Under the pieces are notes generated by a model. That model worked only from the letters and a program-made list of their open reading frames with translations, made no database searches and had not been told where the DNA came from. From Chloroflexota bacterium (lineage in GTDB: Bacteria > Chloroflexota > UBA11872 > VXNJ01): DNA of 64,000 nucleotides. Made by a program: the position numbers and the translations under genes. The stretch covers positions 560,456-624,455 of the forward strand of contig OZ244573.1 in NCBI GenBank assembly GCA_965217845.1. The letters are read 5' to 3'. Below, piece after piece: positions 18,509 through 27,426 of this stretch. Position 1 is the first letter of the stretch. The number at the start of each line of letters is the position of its first letter.

Positions 18509-18539
18509 GCAAAGGGCCCTCCGAGGGAGGGCCCTTTGC
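18509..18539. terminator. perfect 14-bp stem hairpin between convergent genes
   Basis: GCAAAGGGCCCTCC-GAG-GGAGGGCCCTTTGC lies between the nitroreductase (+) and amt (-) 3' ends. There is no strong U-tract on either side. Confidence 0.5.
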
Positions 18540-18589
18540 AGGAAACCTTGCGGTCTTGGCCGGCAGCGCCGGCCGAATGGAATCGGTTC

Positions 18590-19963
18590 CTAGAAGTTGG
18601 ACTCCCCGTATCCGAACACGCCGTGTTCGTGAATGTCGAGGCCATCGAGCTCTTCGACCGGTTCCGCCCGCAGGCCGACCGTGTACTTGATCGCCAGGAA
18701 GAGGACCAGGCAGGTGGCGCCGACCCATGCGATCGAGGCCGCCGAACCAAGCGCCTGAATTCCCAACTGGCCGATGTCGCCGTTGATGAAGAGACTGCCT
18801 TTGGGTCCGCCGAATCTGGGATCGGCGAACAGGCCCACGGCCAAGGTCCCCCAGACGCCGACTACGCCGTGCACGGCGATCGCGCCGACCGGGTCGTCGA
18901 CCTTGAGTCGCTTGTCGATGACGGCCACGCCGGCCACTACCAGGGCGCCGCCGACCAGGCCGATGACGACCGCGGCCCAGGCGTCGACCCATCCGCAGGG
19001 AGCGGTGATGGCGACCAGGCCGGCCAGGGCACCGTTGCCGATCATGCCGACGTCGGGCTTGCCGTTATAGAGCCAGGAAACACCCATTGCGGCAATCGCG
19101 CCGGAGGCGGCAGCCAGGTTGGTGACAACGATCACGCTGGCAAAGTCTTGGCCGACGGCGGTTAGTGTGGATCCGCCGTTGAACCCGAACCAACCGAACC
19201 AGAGGATGATTACGCCGGCGATCGCGAGCGGGATGGAGTGTCCCGGGATCACGTTGACCGATCCGTCCTCGGAGTACTTGCCCAAGCGTGGACCCAGGAT
19301 GGCCGCTCCGACCAGGGCGGCCACGCCGCCGGTGGTGTGAACGACGGTTGAGCCGGCAAAGTCCCAGAATCCGAGCTCGGCCAACCAGCCACCGCCCCAG
19401 ACCCAGTGGCCAACGACGGGGTAGATGAAGCCGGTTAACACGACCGCGTATATCAGATAGGCGCGGAAGTGGGTGCGCTCGGCCATCGCCCCGGAGACGA
19501 TGGTGGCGGCGGTGGCCGCGAACACGACCTGGAAGAACCAGTCGGTCGAGAACTGTGCGTCGCCGACCGAGATCAGGAAATTGGACGTGCCGATTATTCC
19601 GCCGGCGGATTCACCGTACATGAACGCCCAGCCGATGGCCCAATAGGAAATCAGGCCGACCGACATATTCATGAGGTTCTTGGCGCAAATGTTGGCGGCG
19701 TTCTTGGTGCGGGTAAACCCGGTCTCAACCAGGGTGAAACCCCCGTGCATGAAGAACACCAGTGCCCCGGCCATGACGACCCAGAGCTGGTCGACCGTGG
19801 CGGTCAGGGTAACGATCGCTTCCTCGTCCTGGGCAAGAGCCAGGGCCGGCAACAACAGCGCGGCCAGGATCGCCCCGGCCAGCGCAAACAGGTAGCGGGC
19901 CGAGAAGAGGTAACTAAGCGGTGGGCGCAGCGCCAGGGCGCGTGCGGAAGCTACGGCGGTCAT
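18590..19963 (-). CDS. amt: ammonium transporter
   Basis: FWDFAGSTVVHTTGG signature, about 11 TM helices and an N-terminal signal-like segment. The ATG at 19963 overlaps the glnB stop (ATGA). Confidence 0.9.
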   Translation of the reverse strand: MTAVASARALALRPPLSYLFSARYLFALAGAILAALLLPALALAQDEEAIVTLTATVDQLWVVMAGALVFFMHGGFTLVETGFTRTKNAANICAKNLMNMSVGLISYWAIGWAFMYGESAGGIIGTSNFLISVGDAQFSTDWFFQVVFAATAATIVSGAMAERTHFRAYLIYAVVLTGFIYPVVGHWVWGGGWLAELGFWDFAGSTVVHTTGGVAALVGAAILGPRLGKYSEDGSVNVIPGHSIPLAIAGVIILWFGWFGFNGGSTLTAVGQDFASVIVVTNLAAASGAIAAMGVSWLYNGKPDVGMIGNGALAGLVAITAPCGWVDAWAAVVIGLVGGALVVAGVAVIDKRLKVDDPVGAIAVHGVVGVWGTLAVGLFADPRFGGPKGSLFINGDIGQLGIQALGSAASIAWVGATCLVLFLAIKYTVGLRAEPVEELDGLDIHEHGVFGYGESNF

Positions 19964-20298
19964 AGGGCCTCCCTGCCCCGTTGCTGGGTGCGGATGCGGA
20001 CGACGTCCTCGATCGGCAAGATGAAGATCTTGCCGTCGCCGACCTCGCCGGTGTAGGCGTGTTCGCAAATCAGCGCCACCAGTTGGTCGACGTTTTCCTC
20101 GAGGAGGATGATTTCGAGCTTGATCTTGGGCCGAAATACGATCGACGCGCGCACGCCGCGGTAGGTTTCGGTGTACCCCCGCTGCGATCCGGCGCCTCGC
20201 ACCTCGCTCACGCTCATGCCGTGGAATCCGGCCTTATCGAGCGCATCACGAAGCGGTTCTAGCACCTCGTGGCGCATGATGGCCTCAATTTTTTTCAT
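19960..20298 (-). CDS. glnB: P-II nitrogen regulatory protein (GlnB/GlnK)
   Basis: 112 aa with a T-loop containing YRG (TETYRGV) and a GDGKIFI motif. RBS GAGAGGAG. Sits immediately upstream of amt. Confidence 0.95.
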   Translation of the reverse strand: MKKIEAIMRHEVLEPLRDALDKAGFHGMSVSEVRGAGSQRGYTETYRGVRASIVFRPKIKLEIILLEENVDQLVALICEHAYTGEVGDGKIFILPIEDVVRIRTQQRGREAL

Positions 20299-20340
20299 TC
20301 GTCTCCTCTCAAATCCGAAGATTGCGCGGCCGCCGGCCGC

Positions 20341-20372
20341 GATGAATGCGATTGCCCTCCAGGCAATTCATC
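20341..20372. promoter_or_regulatory. imperfect palindrome/hairpin upstream of glnB
   Basis: GATGAAT(gcga)TTGCC-ctcca-GGCAA-ATTCATC, about 45-75 nt upstream of the glnB start. Could be an operator or a 5' UTR hairpin. Confidence 0.25.
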
Positions 20373-20748
20373 TGGTTTGGCAATCGCGTTTGTGCCAGGC
20401 AGTTGGCTTGGACGCCGCCGCGCTAGCGCGGGCTGCCGGGCGGGGATCTTTAAGGCACAAACTTGGCCTGTGAACCGCTTGCGGCGGTTCTCCCGAATGG
20501 GTTCGGGGCCTCGGGTCGTCTTGACCCGACCTACACGGGCTGGGCGTGTAGACGGCGGCGCTCCGATTCGTAGATGGGAGGGGAGCGGGACTGCTTCGTC
20601 GACCGCGCCCTGCCGCCACCGCTTTTGCTAGGTGGCCAAATGTTAGCAGCTTGGGTGTCCGCAGCCGCCACGGCACTAAAGTCTTAAAGTTGATAGTTGG
20701 ACGGTTATGGCCGTCTACAGACCGCGCGCACAGACCGGTAATCCCTAA

Positions 20749-21099
20749 ATGCAATGCCCTGACTGCGATCACGAAAACACCAGCGGCGCCTGGCTTTGTA
20801 TCAATTGCGGCGCCAAGCTCCCGCGCGAGGGCCAGGCTGCGCCGACGTCCGAGGAAAGCGAAGAATCCTCGGGGGATGAACCCAGCCGCTTTGAACCCGC
20901 GATTTCGGAAAACCTGCGGCGTCTGCGCGAGCGCGCCCAGCGCCCCGCCCGCTCAGGTAGCCGCAGCAGCCGACGCCCCGCTCCCACGCGCGTGCCGCAG
21001 ATCTCGCAGAGCGAGATTCTGGGCCTGCCCTGGACCTTCTGGGCGGTGGCGATCTTCGTGATCGTTGTGATCGCCATGGTCCTTTCAAACCTGCAGTAA
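20749..21099 (+). CDS. zinc-ribbon protein with C-terminal transmembrane anchor
   Basis: N-terminal CPDC-x13-CINCG ribbon, an acidic then basic low-complexity linker, and the C-terminal hydrophobic helix WTFWAVAIFVIVVIAMVL. Confidence 0.5.
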   Translation: MQCPDCDHENTSGAWLCINCGAKLPREGQAAPTSEESEESSGDEPSRFEPAISENLRRLRERAQRPARSGSRSSRRPAPTRVPQISQSEILGLPWTFWAVAIFVIVVIAMVLSNLQ

Positions 21100-21201
21100 C
21101 GGCAGGCTAAAAGGGGCGGCGGTGGCGTAAACTTTATCCGGAAAGAACCACGCCGACCGCGCCTTCAGTGACGAAAGCCGGTCGGGCTCAACTGTTTCGA
21201 G

Positions 21202-21237
21202 CCTCGCGACATGGACGGTCGCGAGGTTTTTTGTTTT
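21202..21237 (+). terminator. intrinsic-terminator-like hairpin plus U-tract in the glnA leader
   Basis: CCTCGCGAC-atggacg-GTCGCGAGG followed by TTTTTTGTTTT. It ends 34 nt before the glnA ATG. Confidence 0.6.
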
Positions 21238-21270
21238 GCCGCCGCATGGGCAAAGAAAGGCAAACAATTC

Positions 21271-22701
21271 ATGAGCGATCGTTCTGAACAGATCCAAAGG
21301 GTGTTGCGCATGGCGCGCGATGCCGACTGCCGGTTTGTAGATCTGCGCTTTACCGACCTGCCGGGAACCTGGCAGCACTTCTCGATGCCGATCAGCTACC
21401 TGGACGAGGACCTGTTTGCCGACGGCGCCGGTTTTGACGGCTCCAGCGTGCGCGGCTTCCAGGCGATCAACGAGTCCGACATGCTGGTGATCCCGGACCC
21501 GTCAACCGCGTTCGTGGACCCGATTCTCGAGGCCCCAACGCTGGTAATGACTTGCGACATCGAGGACCCGTTGACGCGCGAGCGCTACTCGCGCGACCCG
21601 CGCAATATCGCCACCAAGGCGGCCGCCCACCTGGCCGGCACCGGCATCGCCGACTCCAGTTTCTGGGGCCCGGAAGCCGAGTTCTTCATCTTTGACCACG
21701 TCAGCTATGATGAGTCCGCCAACGGCTGCTTCTACACCGTAGATTCGGTCGAGGGGATCTGGAATTCAGGCCGCCCGGACGACAACCTGGGCCACCGCCC
21801 GCGCCACAAAGAGGGCTATTTCCCAGTCCCCCCCAACGACTCGCAACAGGACCTGCGCTCGGCGATGGTCACGGCGCTGCTGGGGATCGGCATCGACATC
21901 GAGGTCCACCACCACGAGGTGGCCACCGCCGGCCAGGCCGAGATAGACCTCAAGTACGGTCCGCTGGTCGAGCAAGCCGACAACATGATGGCGTACAAGT
22001 ACATCATCAAAAACGTCGCCCGCCTCCGTGGCCACACCGTGACCTTCATGCCCAAACCGGTGCTGGGCGACAACGGGTCCGGCATGCACTGCCATCAGAG
22101 TCTCTGGAAGGACGGGGTACCGCTCTTCTACGGTGGCCCTGAGAAGTACGGCATGCTCTCTGACACCGCTCGCTGGTACGTCGGCGGACTGCTCAAGCAC
22201 GCTGACGCGCTGCTGGCGTTCTGCGCCCCCACCACCAACTCCTACAAGCGCCTGGTGCCCGGATTCGAGGCGCCCGTGAATCTGGTCTATTCGCAACGCA
22301 ACCGCTCCGCTTGCGTGCGCATCCCGACCTATTCACCCTCGCCCGCCGCGCGCCGGGTCGAATTCCGCTCCCCCGATCCCACCGCCAACCCCTACTTGGC
22401 GTTTGCGGCCATGCTGATGGCCGGACTCGACGGCGTCGCCAACCAGATCGAGCCGCCGGACCCGGTGGATGAGGACATCTATGAACTGCCGGCCGCCGAG
22501 TTGGCCAAGATCGCCTCGGTTCCGGGATCGCTGGAGGAAGCGCTCGACGCCCTTGAGGCCGACCACGAATTCCTGTTGGTGGGCGGGGTCTTCACCCCCG
22601 ACGTGATCGACACCTGGCTCGAGTACAAGCGCGTCGAGGAAGTCGCCGAGCACCGCCTGCGGCCCACCCCGTGGGAGTTCTTCAAGTACTACGATGCCTA
22701 G
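21271..22701 (+). CDS. glnA: glutamine synthetase, type I
   Basis: FDGSS and [18 protein letters not shown] motifs, about 476 aa. ATG at 21271 is preceded by AAAGAAAGG. Confidence 0.95.
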   Translation: MSDRSEQIQRVLRMARDADCRFVDLRFTDLPGTWQHFSMPISYLDEDLFADGAGFDGSSVRGFQAINESDMLVIPDPSTAFVDPILEAPTLVMTCDIEDPLTRERYSRDPRNIATKAAAHLAGTGIADSSFWGPEAEFFIFDHVSYDESANGCFYTVDSVEGIWNSGRPDDNLGHRPRHKEGYFPVPPNDSQQDLRSAMVTALLGIGIDIEVHHHEVATAGQAEIDLKYGPLVEQADNMMAYKYIIKNVARLRGHTVTFMPKPVLGDNGSGMHCHQSLWKDGVPLFYGGPEKYGMLSDTARWYVGGLLKHADALLAFCAPTTNSYKRLVPGFEAPVNLVYSQRNRSACVRIPTYSPSPAARRVEFRSPDPTANPYLAFAAMLMAGLDGVANQIEPPDPVDEDIYELPAAELAKIASVPGSLEEALDALEADHEFLLVGGVFTPDVIDTWLEYKRVEEVAEHRLRPTPWEFFKYYDA

Positions 22702-22750
22702 TCTGAGCCGGGCGCGGCCGTGTCCTAGGGCGCGGTCCTAAACAAGCCCA

Positions 22751-22789
22751 AAAACCCCGTCGGTCCAAGATCGGGGCGGCGGGGTTTTT
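22751..22789. terminator. bidirectional terminator between glnA and ileS
   Basis: AAAACCCCG ... CGGGGTTTT outer stem, with an A-tract on the left and a T-tract on the right, between convergent genes. Confidence 0.6.
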
Positions 22790-22832
22790 CATTTCTGCCG
22801 CCATCGGGCGGCAATGTTTCAGGCGCCGCCGC

Positions 22833-25800
22833 TCAACCGGGCTCCTGGCGCTCCAGCTCGATCGAGTAGACGTTTGCGCCGATCTTGAGCCGGCCGCTGG
22901 CCTCGGCGTGCTCTAGTCGGCCCAAGTGCACCATTGGCGCCAGAACCTCACCGGCGATCGTGCTGGCGTGCGCGGCCAGCAGATCTTCCAGGCCCGGACC
23001 GTCAACTGCCAGGGCGATCCGATCGGCGATCTCAAAATCGGCATCGCGGCGCACGCCCTGTATGGCATGCACCAGTTCACGGGCCAGGCCCTCGAGCTCC
23101 AGCGCCGGGTCAAGCTCGGTCGCCAGCCCAACCGCCAGTTGCGAGTCCACCGCCACCGCCAGGCCGGTGATGCCCTCGTAGCGCACGATCAAGTCCTGGT
23201 CGGAGAGCTCTTCGGTGTGCCCGTCAAGATCGATCGCGAAGGTTTGACCGGACTCCAGGCGTGCGGCGACCGCGGCGGCGTCGAGAGTGGCAATCGCCCT
23301 CGCGACGGCGTTGACCGAGCGTCCGAAGCGCGGGCCCAGGTTGCGGAAGTTGGGTTTTAGGACAAATGTGAGCAGGGTGGAGCTGGAATCGGCCAGACGC
23401 AGCGATTTGACGTTGACCTCGGCCAGGATCAGGTCGCGGTGCCGCTGCACCGCCGCGCGCCGCGCCGAATCGGCCGTGCCCACGACCAGTTCGGCCAGCG
23501 GCTGGCGGTTCTTGAGCCCCGATTGGGCCCGCGCCGCCCGGCCCAGCGAAATCACCGCGCGCACGATCTCGAATTCGGATTCAAGGTCGGCATCGATGGC
23601 ATGTTCGTCGGGAGTTGGCCATGGGCATAGAAACAGGCTCTCGGGCGCACCCGGCAGCGGCGCCTCCAAACTCTGGTAAAGCTCCTCGGCCAGGAATGGC
23701 GCCAGCGGGCCCATCAGGCGCGCGATTCCGCCCAGAACCTGGTAGAGGGTTGCGTAGGCGGCGGCCTTGTCGGCATCGGCCTGCGATTTCCAAAAGCGTC
23801 GCCGGCAGAGGCGCACGTACCAGTTCGAGACGTCATCCCAGAACCGCTCCAGCTGACCCACCAGGGGGTAGACCCAATAGCTCTCGTAGGCTTGCTCGGC
23901 CTGCCGTTGCAGCGAGCCCAGGCGCGAGAGGATCCAGCGGTCCAGGACGGGCCGCTCGCTGACCGGAGGCGCCGGCGCGGTCGGGTCGAATCCATCAAGT
24001 TCAGCGTAGGTGAGGAAGAAACCGTAGATGTTCCATAGGGTCAGGAAGCGCCGTACAACTGCGCGGCCGGGGCCGTAACCGAAGCGGACGTTGGAATTGG
24101 GATTGGTACCCACGTACATCCAGCGCATCACGTCGGCGCCCATCTTGTCGACGGCTTCGTCGAAGCCGATCGCGTTGCCGAACGAGCGGTGCATGGCCTG
24201 GCCCTTGTCGTCCATGACCTTTTCGTACACGAAACAGGACTCGTACGGGGCGCGGTCGCGGATGGCCACGCTCATAAAGAGCATCGAGTAGAACCACAAC
24301 CGAACCTGCTCGCGCATCTCGGTGATGAAATCGGCCGGGAACCAGCGGTTCCAGGTCGAATCGGGATCGGACTGGTCCTGGCCGAGGTAATCGAGCGTCG
24401 AAAACGGCACGATTCCGGCGTCGAGCCAGCAATCGCCCACCTCCGGCACGCGCTCGGCCCGCTGTCCGCAGCCGCATCTGATTGCCACATCGTCTATCCA
24501 GGGCCGGTGCAGTTCCGGCAGCTCGTCGACCTTTGCCGGATCGACGGCCCGTTCGCGCAGCTCGGCCACCGAGCCGATCACGGTGGTCTCGCGGCAAGCC
24601 GGGCATTCGTAGATGGGCAGCGGAAGTCCCCAATAGCGCTTACGCGAAATCGCCCAGTCGCCCATGTTCTCGAGCCAGTCGCGCATCCGCAGGCCGGCCG
24701 ACTCGGGGATCCAATTGACGCTTGCGGCGGCCTTGATCATGCGCGGTCGGATCTCGTCACAGGAGATGAACCACTCGTCGACCAGGTTGAAGACGATTTC
24801 CTGTTTGCAGCGCCAGCACACCGGGTAGCGGTGGGCGTGGTCGGCGGCTTCCAACAGCAGGCCCTTGTCGCGCAGACGGGCAAGGATGAAGTCGTTGGCG
24901 CCGGCCACCGCCCGCCCCGCCAGCCCGCCGAACTCGGGCCGATACACGCCCTCGCCGTCGATGATCGACAGCGCCGGCAGGCCTTCTTCCTGGCCCAGCT
25001 CGAAGTCCTCGGCCCCCGAACCGGGAGCGATGTGCACAATCCCGGTTCCCTCGGCCTCGGCCACTTCTTCCCAGGCCACGATCCGCCGCGGTACGGTGAG
25101 CTGCGGCGCCAGCTCGTCCCAGGGTCCGCGGTAGGTAAGCCCCAGCAGCTCCCTGCCGGGGAAGGAGTCGAGAATTTCGGCGTCCTCGCCCAGGACCCGG
25201 TGCAGGGTCCCGCGCGAGAGGATGTAGATGCGCCCGCCATCGCCGCGCACGCGCACGTATTCGAGTTCTGGCGCCACTGCGCAGGCGACGTTGCCGGCCA
25301 GCGTCCAAGGCGTCGTCGTCCAGACCAGCAGGTGATCTCCGGGTCGCTCCACCAGCGGCAGGCGCAGGGTGACGGCAGTGTGGGTCAGTTCCTGGTAGGT
25401 ATCGGTGCCGAGCAGTTCGTGCTGGGACAGCGAGGTACCGCAGCGCGTGCACCAGGGCATGACCCGGTGACCGCGGCGCAGCCAGCCGTTCGCATTGCAC
25501 GTCTTTAGGAAGTGCCAGATGTGCTCGATGTTGCTGTCCGAGTGCGTGTAATACGAGTCGGTCCAGTCCATCCACATGCCCAACCGCTTGGACTGGTTGG
25601 TGATGCGCTCGCCGAACCGGTTGACCCGGTCAGCGCAGGCGCGCGAGAAGCGATCGAGCCCGAATTCTTCGATTTCGCGCTTGGAATTTAGCCCCAGATC
25701 GCGCTCGACCTCGACCTCCACCCACAGGCCCTGGCAGTCAAAGCCGTTCTGGTAGCGCTGATCGAATCCACGCATGGCTCGATAGCGGGTGTAGGCGTCT

Positions 25801-26003
25801 TTGTAGGTCCGGCCCCACGCATGGTGGACGCCCATCGGGTTGTTGGCGGTGATGGGCCCGTCGATGAACGAGTGGCGCGGACCGCCCTGGTTCTGCGCGC
25901 GCAGCTTGGTAAATATCTGGCTGTCTTCCCAGAAACCGAGGATCCTCTCCTCGATCGCCGGCAGATCGGGCTGCGTCGGCGGACGCTTGAAAAGCGATGG
26001 CAT
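22833..26003 (-). CDS. ileS: isoleucine--tRNA ligase (long form with divergent class I signature motifs)
   Basis: 1056 aa with TTPWTLAGNVA (CP1 editing), WAISRKRYWGLPLPIY and FPADFITEMREQVRLWFYS. The HIGH position reads MGVHH and the KMSKS position reads AMHRS. Confidence 0.8.
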   Translation of the reverse strand: MPSLFKRPPTQPDLPAIEERILGFWEDSQIFTKLRAQNQGGPRHSFIDGPITANNPMGVHHAWGRTYKDAYTRYRAMRGFDQRYQNGFDCQGLWVEVEVERDLGLNSKREIEEFGLDRFSRACADRVNRFGERITNQSKRLGMWMDWTDSYYTHSDSNIEHIWHFLKTCNANGWLRRGHRVMPWCTRCGTSLSQHELLGTDTYQELTHTAVTLRLPLVERPGDHLLVWTTTPWTLAGNVACAVAPELEYVRVRGDGGRIYILSRGTLHRVLGEDAEILDSFPGRELLGLTYRGPWDELAPQLTVPRRIVAWEEVAEAEGTGIVHIAPGSGAEDFELGQEEGLPALSIIDGEGVYRPEFGGLAGRAVAGANDFILARLRDKGLLLEAADHAHRYPVCWRCKQEIVFNLVDEWFISCDEIRPRMIKAAASVNWIPESAGLRMRDWLENMGDWAISRKRYWGLPLPIYECPACRETTVIGSVAELRERAVDPAKVDELPELHRPWIDDVAIRCGCGQRAERVPEVGDCWLDAGIVPFSTLDYLGQDQSDPDSTWNRWFPADFITEMREQVRLWFYSMLFMSVAIRDRAPYESCFVYEKVMDDKGQAMHRSFGNAIGFDEAVDKMGADVMRWMYVGTNPNSNVRFGYGPGRAVVRRFLTLWNIYGFFLTYAELDGFDPTAPAPPVSERPVLDRWILSRLGSLQRQAEQAYESYWVYPLVGQLERFWDDVSNWYVRLCRRRFWKSQADADKAAAYATLYQVLGGIARLMGPLAPFLAEELYQSLEAPLPGAPESLFLCPWPTPDEHAIDADLESEFEIVRAVISLGRAARAQSGLKNRQPLAELVVGTADSARRAAVQRHRDLILAEVNVKSLRLADSSSTLLTFVLKPNFRNLGPRFGRSVNAVARAIATLDAAAVAARLESGQTFAIDLDGHTEELSDQDLIVRYEGITGLAVAVDSQLAVGLATELDPALELEGLARELVHAIQGVRRDADFEIADRIALAVDGPGLEDLLAAHASTIAGEVLAPMVHLGRLEHAEASGRLKIGANVYSIELERQEPG

Positions 26004-26004
26004 G

Positions 26005-26727
26005 TCAGCCGGCCAGCGCGATCTCGACGCGCCGGTTGATGCGGCCCTTGTTGGACCCGCCGATGATCTTCACGGCTCCGACCTGGTCGGTCGAGGACAC
26101 ATGCGTGCCACCGTCGGCCTGCAGGTCGATTGCGACGATTTCAACGATCCGCACCCGGGTGATCGATTCGGGAAGCAGGTTGATGTGGCTGCGGATCAGA
26201 TCCGGGATCTGGAAGGCTTCGGCCCGCGGCAGTTCGTAGGTCTTGACCGGCGCGGCCTTGGCAAGCAGGGCGTTGGTGGCGCATTCCAAGTCTTCAAGCA
26301 GGTCGGCGATCCGCTTGCCTTCTAGGGCAAAGTCCATCCTTGCCTTTTGTCCGTCATCGGCGATGTTGGCGCCGGTGACCTGGGCGCCGTACTCGGCAAA
26401 CACCACCTGCGAGAGCACATGCAGGGCGGTATGCAAGCGCATCAATCGGAAGCGTTTTTGCCAGTCAATGCGGCCGCGCAGCCGGGTTCCCGGCACCGGG
26501 AGTTCGCCCTCGATGACATGCGCGATCTGGCCCTTAACCCTCGCTGCCGGCGCAACCGCCGTCCAGGCGCGGCCGATTTCCAGTTCCCCGGTATCGCCGG
26601 GCTGGCCGCCGCCGCGCGGGTAGAAGCAGGTCTGATCCAGAAACACCGCCGGACCGTCGGTCGCCACGACGACGGCCTCAAATTCACGGCGATAGGCGTC
26701 CTCGTAATAGAGCGGGCGGGAAGACAT
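26005..26727 (-). CDS. AlaX-like alanyl/threonyl-tRNA editing domain protein
   Basis: HTALH (HxxxH) motif and GGTHV region. ATG at 26727 (MSSRPLYYEDAY). Its stop is one nt from the ileS start. Confidence 0.7.
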   Translation of the reverse strand: MSSRPLYYEDAYRREFEAVVVATDGPAVFLDQTCFYPRGGGQPGDTGELEIGRAWTAVAPAARVKGQIAHVIEGELPVPGTRLRGRIDWQKRFRLMRLHTALHVLSQVVFAEYGAQVTGANIADDGQKARMDFALEGKRIADLLEDLECATNALLAKAAPVKTYELPRAEAFQIPDLIRSHINLLPESITRVRIVEIVAIDLQADGGTHVSSTDQVGAVKIIGGSNKGRINRRVEIALAG

Positions 26728-26815
26728 GGCAAGGGGAGCTAAGGGGGCGGGAATGCGATCCGGGATCGGGTGGCCTTTGAGGCGGGCGGGGCCCGGATGC
26801 ACCGGCGCCAAAAGT

Positions 26816-27418
26816 CTAATTGCCCGCGGATACCTCGGTGGTCGGGGCATCGGCCGCCGCAAAGCGCAGATAGGTTCCCAGCACCCAGCCGGCGCCCTCC
26901 TCGGCCAGTTCATGCCAGGTGCCGGAGTCATCGTCCTGGGTGAGCCCGGTTAGGGCCACGACGGTGCGATCCGGCAGAACCCGCAGCACCGCCCCTGCAA
27001 ATCCGGGTTCGCTGCGAACGTTTAGGCCCACATCGGCGTTGACGGCGGCGTGTCCGGGCGGAATCTCGGGTAGCTCCGAGGTCGGGGTCGGCTCGGGAGC
27101 GACCGGCTCCGGCTCCGGGGCCGGGGTCGGGGTAACGGTGGGGGTGGGGGTGGTGGTAGGTGTGGGAATGGGGGTCAGGGTCTGAGTCGCGGTGCGGGTT
27201 GGAGCTGGCGCTGGCGCCGCCGCCGGCGTCGGAACCGGCGCCGCGCTCTCGATCGATTCGGCCGGCGATTGCCGCAGCAGAAAGATCAACAGCACCAGAC
27301 CGAACCCGGCGGCGATGATGAACGCGAGCGTCTGCCGGCGGTCGATCCGCCGCCGCATCCGTTGCCGGGCGGGTGAGATCTCAGGCCGCGAGGGGCTCCG
27401 CATGCCGGGCGCGGCCAT
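26816..27418 (-). CDS. membrane-anchored SH3-like domain protein with Pro/Thr-rich linker
   Basis: Arg-rich N-terminus, one TM (LAFIIAAGFGLVLLIFLL), a PT/PA/PE-rich linker, and a C-terminal SH3b-like GLNVRSEPG...VLRVLP segment. Confidence 0.5.
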   Translation of the reverse strand: MAAPGMRSPSRPEISPARQRMRRRIDRRQTLAFIIAAGFGLVLLIFLLRQSPAESIESAAPVPTPAAAPAPAPTRTATQTLTPIPTPTTTPTPTVTPTPAPEPEPVAPEPTPTSELPEIPPGHAAVNADVGLNVRSEPGFAGAVLRVLPDRTVVALTGLTQDDDSGTWHELAEEGAGWVLGTYLRFAAADAPTTEVSAGN

Positions 27419-27426
27419 GAAGGGTC

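Noticed and set aside
19964-20068. N-terminal extension of the amt ORF
   Set aside because: It overlaps the glnB coding sequence. The ATG at 19963 gives a normal signal-like N-terminus and an ATGA stop/start overlap.
20379-20398. Sigma-54-like promoter upstream of glnB (minus strand CTGGCACaaacgcgaTTGCC)
   Set aside because: The GG-to-GC spacing is about three nucleotides longer than in the canonical TGGCAC-N5-TTGC element, so it does not fit the strict -24/-12 geometry.
24189-25508. 439-aa plus-strand ORF (and the 272-aa minus ORF at 24757-25575 in another frame)
   Set aside because: It lies inside ileS on the wrong strand or frame. No motifs and a low-complexity composition.
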